Assembly (NCBI GenBank): GCA_051362555.1
Contig: CM120649.1
Coordinates: 12,524,001-12,588,000, forward strand
Direction of reading: 5' to 3'
DNA: 64,000 bases
Source of the DNA: Lingula anatina
Taxonomy: Eukaryota > Animalia > Brachiopoda
Below the pieces are notes generated by a model, which did not search any database, was not told the DNA's origin, and saw only the letters and a list, made by a program, of their open reading frames with translations. Shown in pieces: positions 14,510-64,000 of the stretch; the first letter of the stretch is position 1; each line of letters begins with the position of its first letter. The translations under genes were made by a program, and so were the position numbers.

Positions 14510-16131
14510 AACAAGGCAGCAAAGCTGTCAAATGTACAGACAAAAAGAAGGAAAAAAACAAAATAGGGTACAGTCAATTCTGATGCAAAAGTACATTATG
14601 TTAAACTGCAAATTCAACATCAAATTTTAATTATGCTCAACAGGTAATTCCAATGTAAGTAAAATGTGTAACAAGCGTAAGTCTTCAGCCCCAAAGGAGT
14701 TCAAGTTCACACTCTGAAAATGTATAACTTCCAGAAAAAGAAGTCAATTAGACTGCTTTTCCAACTCAGGCTGCATTTTAGTCCTGTATTTCTTTTTTGA
14801 AAGTTTGGCAATCATAAGTAAAATGGTTTTCCCATAATGGTTTTCATGGCAGCAGCACCCAAAATTGTGTGTTCTTCTATTCTGATGCAATATTACATAA
14901 TGGTTAACAGCATAATGACAATCAATTTTTAATAATAAAATAAAGGTATCATGGATTTTCAGAAAATGTGACTAGCATGGGTCTTCAAGCCTGTGGAACT
15001 TCAAAGTCACACCTTGAAAATGCCAATATGTGAAAAATTAAACTTTCACAAAAAAACTGTTTAACCGGCAGAAAGAATTACCAAACAGATTGCATTGCCT
15101 ACTGAAGCTGTATTTAAGTCCCATGTTTCTTTCTGTAAGTTTGAGAACAGTAAATGACATGGTTTTCCTTAATTGGTCATCATGGGAGCAGTGCCCAAAA
15201 TAGGTTTATTTTCAAATTTTGATGCAATATTACATAATGTTTAACAGCATAATGATCATCAATTTTTAATAATATCATGTATATTCAGAAAATGTGACTA
15301 GCAAAGGTCTTCATGCCCATGGAACTTCAAAGTGACACCTTGAATATTCCAGAATGTAAACTAGACAGCACTGTGCTGAAATGGGTTTATTTCCATTTTT
15401 AACACTTTTTTAATATAAGATGAAATAAACAGTTTACTGCCATTTTTATATTATCAACTAAGAAAATTGATGAGATGGGACAAATATCAATAGAACTGTG
15501 TCAAATGTCCAATTTCCTCCATTCTGACATTCCGAACATAGTAAATGATTGAATCTGACTGATATGAGTTTATTTCCATTTTTGACACTTTATTACACAA
15601 TACACGATAACAAGTTTACCATCATTTCTACATAATCAACTAACAATGTTGTAAAGATGCAGGAAATGTCAAACAAACACTTTTATGTGTCTTGTTAATT
15701 AAATAATAAGACTGTTAACACGCCTAAGAATTGAATTTGAGGAAATGTGAAAAAACAGCATAACTTCTAAAACAATAGCCCTATCATGCTGATTTTTTAA
15801 CTCAAATGCATTTTAGCAGGATTGACCACTCCTGTGAGTTTAATGACAATTGGCCTATCTGTTTTTCTTATATTGTGTTAACAGTGTTGCATATATGCTG
15901 AAAAGTGAAAAAACAGCATAACTTCTACAATAATGGCCTGATCATGCTGATTTTCGAACTTGACCTGCGTTTTATGAATATTCATCAGCTCTGTAAATAT
16001 AAAGCCAAAAAGTAAAACTGCCCTCCACTTATTGTGTTTACAAGGAAAGTGCACGGCGCCGGCATCGGCAACGACGACAGACGCAGGTGATGGCAATATG
16101 TACAGACACATCTGTGTCTGTACATAAAAAA
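14510..16131 (-). mobile_element. Helentron-associated non-autonomous element (HINE/DINE-1-like) with internal tandem repeats
   Basis: 11-bp subterminal repeat atgtacagaca at 14532 and 16098, inverted tgtctgtacat at 16115 followed by an A run, terminal stem-loop ggcagcaaagctgtc after aacaag. Internally three roughly 300-340-bp units (14579, 14881, 15220) plus two further duplicated blocks. Confidence 0.7.
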
Positions 16132-16202
16132 GGTTAAATTAATCACTAGAACTTTTAAAAGTCAAGCATAACAGAGCTGCCCCATCACAATGTAATGCCA
16201 GA

Positions 16203-17784
16203 TTTATTGTTAAGTCATGAAGAACGGAAAATTCAATCTCAAACAATATAAAAACATAGAATGCTTTATATCCCTATACTCTGTACAAGTAAAAACTTTT
16301 TTATCTCATGGAAACTTGAGTACAAAACTGAATCATACATGAAATATTTATATACCATCCTTGAAGTAGAAGGAGAGTCTGCAGTACTTGTGTTTTTTTT
16401 CATATCATTACCAGGACTCCAGGAAGCAAAATAACCACTCAAAACTATAGCATAACAAAACTAAATCTCACATACAAAATACAGTCCTTTCTCAGTTAGT
16501 ATGGCTTACTTTCATTACTAAATGAAAATAAAATCCAATCCCGATTTAAAATCTTTTGAAAAGGATCTTTTGAAAATTAACATACTATCCAACTAGTTGT
16601 CTCTGTCATTTAAGAAGCTAAAAAAAAAAAAAAAAAAATTACAGGCTTTACAAAAGGGTGCACAGATATCTCGTAAAACAGTAGGATGACATCATTTTTC
16701 AATCATTTTGGCTTTAATATGCGACTTCCATCACTTTTACTTTGCAGAAGTCTATTATCTGCTGATATTTAACCTCTTGTATACTGTTATTAAATCTACA
16801 AAGATAATACAATTAATGAAGTAAGTCAGGCTTCAAATCGCCCTACATTTAAACATTTTGCTGAATCCTTTTTTCTGAGAAAAAACTCTGCCTATCATTT
16901 AAACCACTTGGACATAAGCTATTGTTACCATTTGGAAAATAAATTAATTAATCATCTTTCCAAGTCAAGAATGCTAGTACTTATGCTATTTGAACCCATG
17001 CTTACTCCTGTGATCAAAATATTTAATCAAGGGAAAATAAATCTTACATATTATCTATAACCTCCCCTAAACTTCTGTAAGAACCGCATATTAAGATATT
17101 ATCATTCTTTATATAAACAAATACACATGGAGGTCAAAAGATTTTTCCTTATTGTCTACATATATCTTCCCCTTATTTAAACACAAAATGTTTTCAAGTT
17201 GTGTCTATGTAACATTTGCCATTAAATACTGAACTGGTGCAAATATTACTAGCCATGCTAGTTCATCGTAAATATACAATGTTCGGAGAATTTGATGAAC
17301 ACCTCATAAGTATGGAATGGCGCAGGACGATCATGATTACAAATCCATTGATTTTTCTCTTGATGTATGTACTATTTCAAACATGGTCCCTCAAGCAAAT
17401 GCTAGGATACAGATTCTGCAGACCCTTAAATGTGTCCCAGAGAATTTTTTCTTGCCTGATGACTGCACAGTTTTCTAAGAAAGTCCTTTCGAGTTGATAA
17501 TTCTAATAATCCTGCCTCTATCTTGCATGGTTGATTACTTTCACATGGCTTGTTTTATAGCAAGTTGAATAGCTACGATTGGTATTCAATACAAATGGTA
17601 TGAAAATAGAGAAGCACTATGAAAGCCGTGCTAATTTGTGGTTTCTAAGATGCTTGCCAAGTCTATACATAATAGAAAATGCATCTTTTTTATTTATTTA
17701 TTTTTTTTACAAAAAGTCCAGTGTCCTGATCTTGTAATGTATGCTTTTATATTTACTTCTTATTCTGGTCTTCACTGCTCACAG
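16203..17784 (-). other. Probable long AU-rich 3' UTR of the CIRBP-like gene
   Basis: Repeat-poor U-rich sequence on the minus strand running from the stop to an AATAAA (tttatt at 16203-16208) just before the HINE element. The end point is inferred. Confidence 0.5.
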
Positions 17785-20700
17785 CTAATACTAAAAGTAA
17801 AAGAAATACAAACGAATATTGAAACATACATAAAAAGACAAATATTCTTTTTTTAAATTTTAGAATCTCAACTTATCAGCACTAGTCAACTTTAAGAAGG
17901 CGAAATATATATGACCAATAAAACCAGATCCATCTTAAAGATTTAAAATATCACTTCAAAAGAAATTAGGGGAAAGAGAGTATAAGTAATCTCTATACTC
18001 ACATATCCGCCCTGTTGCTGATCATATCCACCAGAGCTGTAATCATTATATCCACCACCACCACTGCCCCCTCCATATCCGCCACTGCCGCTTCCATAGC
18101 CACCACTGCCGCCCCCTCCATATCCACCTCCACCGTATCCACCACTGCCTCCTCCGTATCCGCCACTGCCGCCTCCATAACTGCCACTGCCACCTCCATA
18201 TCCACCACTGTTGTCTCCATATCCACCACTGCCATATCCGCCTTGTCCACCTCCGTATCCACCACCACCATATCCGCCGCCACTACTGTATCCGCCCTGT
18301 TTGCCTCCATATCCACCTCCGTATCCGCCACCTCCATATCCACCACGGCCACCACCATATCCGCCACGGCCACCACCATATCCGCCACGGCCTCTGAAGC
18401 CACCTCCTCCTCCAAATCCGCCCCCTCTTCCTCTACCTCCACGGCTGAAAATATTGTTATAAGACTTTATATGATAATGAACTGGAAAAGTTGTTACAGA
18501 TTTTATATGAAAAAGAAATGAAATGTTATTGATTTTATATGAAAAAGAATCGAAAATATTGTCTGGTGGGCATATAGTGAGAGGTGATTTCACTTTTGTG
18601 ACTTTCCTCCAATTCTACCACAATTGAAAATCATATAATAAAACAGATATTTACACCCTTTAAAATAAAATAAAATAAAATAAAATAAAATAAAATAAAA
18701 TAAATGTTTCTTGAATATGTAAGGCAAACTCCCACAGATAAAACAAGACCAGATTTCTACCTGTTCAACAGAAGGGAGTTAAAAATTTGTAGTCTTCAGG
18801 TGCCTTTACTTCTCCATTCAATCAAATGATTTTAAGAGATCTCATTTACTCAGTTACTTTTTTTTTGTACAACACTGCTTTTTAAAGCACAAAACATCTG
18901 ATCTCAAAGCAACACTAACAACAAAGGCAGTTTGACATACATATCTGTGAAGTTTTATTTTCTCTCCCTTCCTCTTTCTCCCCTCTCTTTTTCTCTTTTT
19001 TTCTCTCTCTCTGTCTTTCTTTCTCTCCCCCCCCCCTCCTCCTCTCTCTCTCTCTCTTTACCTGGATCTCACCGCTCTGGCCACCGAGATGGTCCGTCCA
19101 TCCAAGCGCTGTAATAGTAATAACAAATCTCACAACTGCAGTCTTGTTTTACATTTACAATTAAAAAAAATAATAATAATAAAAAAATAAATAAATAAAT
19201 TAAAAAAAAATCAAGTCCTACCACAAACATATAATCTGATTTCTACTATTAACTGTCACTTGTTTTTAAGTACTTTAAATAAAAATAATTTATACATTAA
19301 GGAGTGATCACTTTATTGCCCTTTTGCAGACATTCTTCCTTTATATAATAATTTCAAAAATGTAAATCAAAAGAGATTAACAATAAATACACGTTCTTAA
19401 AAAAAAAATAATAATAATTAATTTTTTTTTTCATAAAAGTAACAGGGGATTTCTGTGTTTACTAGCATGCTGTTGTTTCTTGTATCAATGACCAATCAGA
19501 CTCACCGTTCCATTCTTGGCGTCAATGGCACTCTGACACGATGCATCATCTTGGAAAGTGATGAAACTGAACCCCTTGGACTGCTGAGTGTCTCTGTCCT
19601 TCACGATAACGACTGCAAACAGAACAACACCAACACATGCGTGAGAGATTGCAAATACTGGTCATACATACAAACGGTTATCCACTTGGTAGGTACGGGG
19701 GAGTTGGTTTTTTCCTTCCAGTCACCGTCTGTGGAAGCCCGGTTACCAACCCAAGTGAAGACAAACACACCAACCCTACATAAATATCTATCTATCACAA
19801 AACATAAAATTCAGCTTGAGATTCTACCAGCCTCGAAGAAAATGTGAGGATTAAAAAAGTAAATTGTGCACTGGGTTAGAAATTCAGCTGGTCAAGGGTT
19901 TCAGGTAAGAAACTCAATAGTCGGGGACAGCTCTTTGACTAATGTTCATTTACAGCAGTCCTGTATATTGGAGGCAGTGAAAATAAATACTCAATAAGAC
20001 TTAAAAATTTGTACTTTAAAACCTGCATGTTTTAAGACTACTGCCCTTGGACTTAAACTGTCCCTTTTTCTGGAACATAAAATGCAAAAAAATACATAAA
20101 AAAATTTCCAGCTTGCACCGTTTTCTATAAAAATAACAGTACAATGAATAATCTATTTTCTTTCTCTTTTCAAGGATTTCTGCATTTATGCACATTTTTA
20201 TTGAAATAAAGAGCTATGAAAAATATTTTTCATGTCATGGACTAATAATCATAAAAAATATTAGTTAACTATTTTTTTTCACAAATGTTATACAAATGCC
20301 AATCTATATGTCAGAGGCTGATCTTTTTTTTCTTTCACATTAAAAATCTTCCCACTGTCCTTTAAAACCCTGTATAAGCATTTGAACAAATTTTTTTTGC
20401 AGTGTACAGAAAAAAGTTAGTTACACTTTCTAAACTAAATTAACAGTGACAAACTTCACACAGAATTAAAAAGAAAGCATTAAAAATACTAAAACAGCAT
20501 ATTGTTCGACTCGGTATACTTTTTTCTCACTTCCACTTTTGAAACCCCCACTGCTGAAAACACTCTTCTGTAAAACAAGAATAATTTATGCAAAACACAT
20601 TTCACAAATCCAGTAAGCACAAGCTGGGGTTCTGAGGCAGTGACTTTACATTTTCAAATTCGTTTTTTTTTTCATCTCCTTATATGCAGATATCAAAATC

Positions 20701-21294
20701 TTGTTCAATACAATTCTTGTTTCAAATACAATACTCTCAGAGAATGCAATGCTTTTATTTTGCCTAATTCAAAACGTTTAGAGAATGAAATTCCTTATAT
20801 TTTGCATGGAACAACACTGCTGATAGATGACAAAACACTTTTTATCTCAGAAAATTCAATACTGATAATGTTTATAGTAGAAATGTCACTGAAAAATCAC
20901 ACTTTTGTCCCTCTGACTTGTAGTTATGGATGAACAATTTCAAATAAATAATTCTAAAATCAAATCGCATCTAATCATACATAAACATCAGAAATACAAA
21001 GTCTCGATTCCAAAATTACCCCCAAAAATCAAAATTTTAAATTCAATCTTTAGTGACAAAACTTTAAACTCTCTGAAGCCATCCATCCAAACAAAGTTAC
21101 AACCCCCTCCCAAAGATTGGCTTTTGCCAACAAAACAACTTTACTTTCTTTACATAACATAATATCTTAACTGCTACCCCAAAAATACCTTCTTCTATTT
21201 CACCAAACTGCGAAAATTCAGAATGCAATGTAGACTCATCAGTCTGATAGCTTATACCGCCCACGTAGATCTTTTTCTGTTGATCAGAATCCAT
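17785..21294 (-). CDS. Glycine-rich RNA-binding protein, CIRBP/RBM3-like (one RRM + RGG/[G/S]YG low-complexity tail), 5 coding exons, 235 aa
   Basis: Exons 21294-21189, 19612-19506, 19108-19062, 18444-18003 and 17790-17785 (TAT TAG), all GT-AG and in phase (708 nt). RNP2 IYVGGI, RNP1 KGFSFITF, VKDRDTQQS, LDGRTISV, then RGG and GGYG repeats. Confidence 0.92.
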
Positions 21295-22560
21295 ATTCAC
21301 TTCAACACAGTATCAGGTAGAATCGCAATCAGTTTGACAGGTATCAAGTTGTTTTCGGGGCTCAGTACAATTCTGGTATTCGAAGAATCAGAGAAAAAAC
21401 ACAAGTCTTCAATTAGAAAGCAAGATTGAATTGTTGCTGTTGACAAATTCTCACCTTTCCTGAGTGCGAATAACTTTCACTGGAATTAATACAGTCAAAA
21501 CCTCATAAGTAAAATGCCTTTTTAAAGATCATAATTTTGCTGGATTCATTACATTTTCTTTTTGACCACAGTGAAAATTTGGAGGATAGATAGGTGGAAT
21601 CTGTTTCATGTTTCTTTCCCTTTTTGCTGAGAGAAAAAATACTTTCATAATTGAAAATGATCTGATTTTTTTCAAATATTCAAAACATTAGAACTTTAAG
21701 CTGAGGACACAAACCGCTCATAAAACAGATTTCAATTTTTTTCAAAATATCAATAATACTTTTAAAATAGCTTAAAATCAATTTAGTAGAAAACCTTTTT
21801 AAAATATTTAAAGGAGAAAAGCTGTCAACTCCACCTAGCAGCAATATAACCTTAACATAACCCGAATTTTATCTAATGTTAAGATAACAATGATATATTG
21901 CTTTAACAATGCACTTAATTCCTTGTCAAGACATTCAACTAGATGAACATTTTAAACCACCCAGACATTTCTCAAATCCCTCCCAACCCACCCAGAGTAT
22001 TCCAACTGACATTCAAAGCATTTCGTGAGTTTTTTTCAATCTCGATCTATAAAAATGCCATGTACGTTCAAGAAAAAATTCTATTCGCTGGGATGATTTC
22101 GGAACGAAAGCAATAAGGCATGCTTCATTTAACACCTGAAGCCGCATGGTATATGTAAAACTGACCACGTGATTCGCTATGCTCCGTACATTAAAAAACA
22201 ATTCCACCACTTGCCATTGTGTTTGCGGTGCAACTGGATTCTACTCCACTCAAGGACAACTTTCACAAAGAGTGGGTTACGTTAGGTTTTCTTACTTAGC
22301 TTTTTGCATATTTGGACTTAGAAAATGAATAAACGACTGCGGCCATTTTTGTTTGAACCCAAAATGCCGGTAAAAAAGTACAGATTTTTCAAGAAGTTGT
22401 ACATGCGTGTTTATACTAGAATATGGCCAGGATGCTTAATGTTGGCCTTAAGATACTTTGTGTTTCCAATTTTCAGATTATTAAGGAATCCCGCGATAAA
22501 TATCATACTTACATGATCCCCGTAAATCACCACAGGCTACAAGGCCGATCGGACGATAGG
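21295..22560 (-). other. Spliced 5' UTR exons of the CIRBP-like gene
   Basis: Minus-strand donors cat|gtaagt (about 22512), taa|gtaaga (about 22296) and aag|gtgaga (21455). Acceptors ttccag (21480) and taccag (21373). Confidence 0.5.
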
Positions 22561-22688
22561 TGGCGATACCGGAAATTACATTGCTATAGATGGCTCTGTA
22601 GTACATGTGGAAAATCAAGATGGCAAGATAGAATACGGCGGTAGCCAAAGTGGAATATATACGTTTTGTTCAGAAAATAGAACCGAAG

Positions 22689-22690
<2 letters not shown>
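22330..22690. promoter_or_regulatory. Bidirectional (head-to-head) promoter of the CIRBP-like and DOCK genes
   Basis: Locally CpG-richer. YY1-like motifs CAAGATGGC (+, about 22616) and AAAATGGCCGC (-, about 22339-22349). Divergent first exons lie within a few hundred bp. Confidence 0.6.

Positions 22691-64000
<41,310 letters not shown>

Noticed and set aside
18015-18521. Ser/Thr/Ala-rich, Pro/Tyr-rich (extensin-like) and V/A/D/M-rich ORFs
   Set aside because: Shadow frames and the antisense strand of the Gly/Tyr repeat exon. The spliced RRM gene explains the sequence.
18715-18860. H/ACA snoRNA in a CIRBP-like intron (stems aactccc/gggagtt and aaggca/tgcctt followed by ACA)
   Set aside because: No convincing ANANNA H box or second hairpin. 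Not supportable without an Rfam or snoReport scan.

Overview
AT-rich, intron- and microsatellite-rich animal genomic DNA. Repeat types and gene content suggest a marine invertebrate, probably a deuterostome such as an echinoderm (inference). Manual splicing recovers four genes. (1) A 6-exon secreted proteinase K/PCSK9-subfamily subtilase (999-7911, +, 444 aa). (2) A 4-exon single-domain LAMP-family membrane protein (10865-12996, +) that needs a GC-AG first intron and lacks the usual YxxPhi lysosomal tail. (3) A CIRBP/RBM3-like RRM plus glycine-rich RNA-binding protein (21294-17785, -, 235 aa). (4) The 5' part of a DOCK-D (DOCK9/10/11, zizimin) Cdc42 GEF (22689 to >64000, +, 15 exons seen), head-to-head with gene 3, with a 33.5-kb first intron. 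The most notable structure lies in that intron: a series of candidate alternative first exons that all end in phase 0 and would splice in frame to exon 2. One encodes a myristoylation/palmitoylation-type N-terminus (MGSGVSC...) behind a roughly 6.3-kb repeat-free, exon-like leader. Other oddities are a tandem repeat that quadruplicates a DOCK 5' splice site and a nested RNA hairpin overlapping a candidate poison exon in the CIRBP-like gene. Transposon relics (RTE and L2/Crack LINE ends, a Tc1 fragment, a Helentron-type HINE, several MITEs) are scattered throughout. All gene models are manual, without transcript or database evidence.
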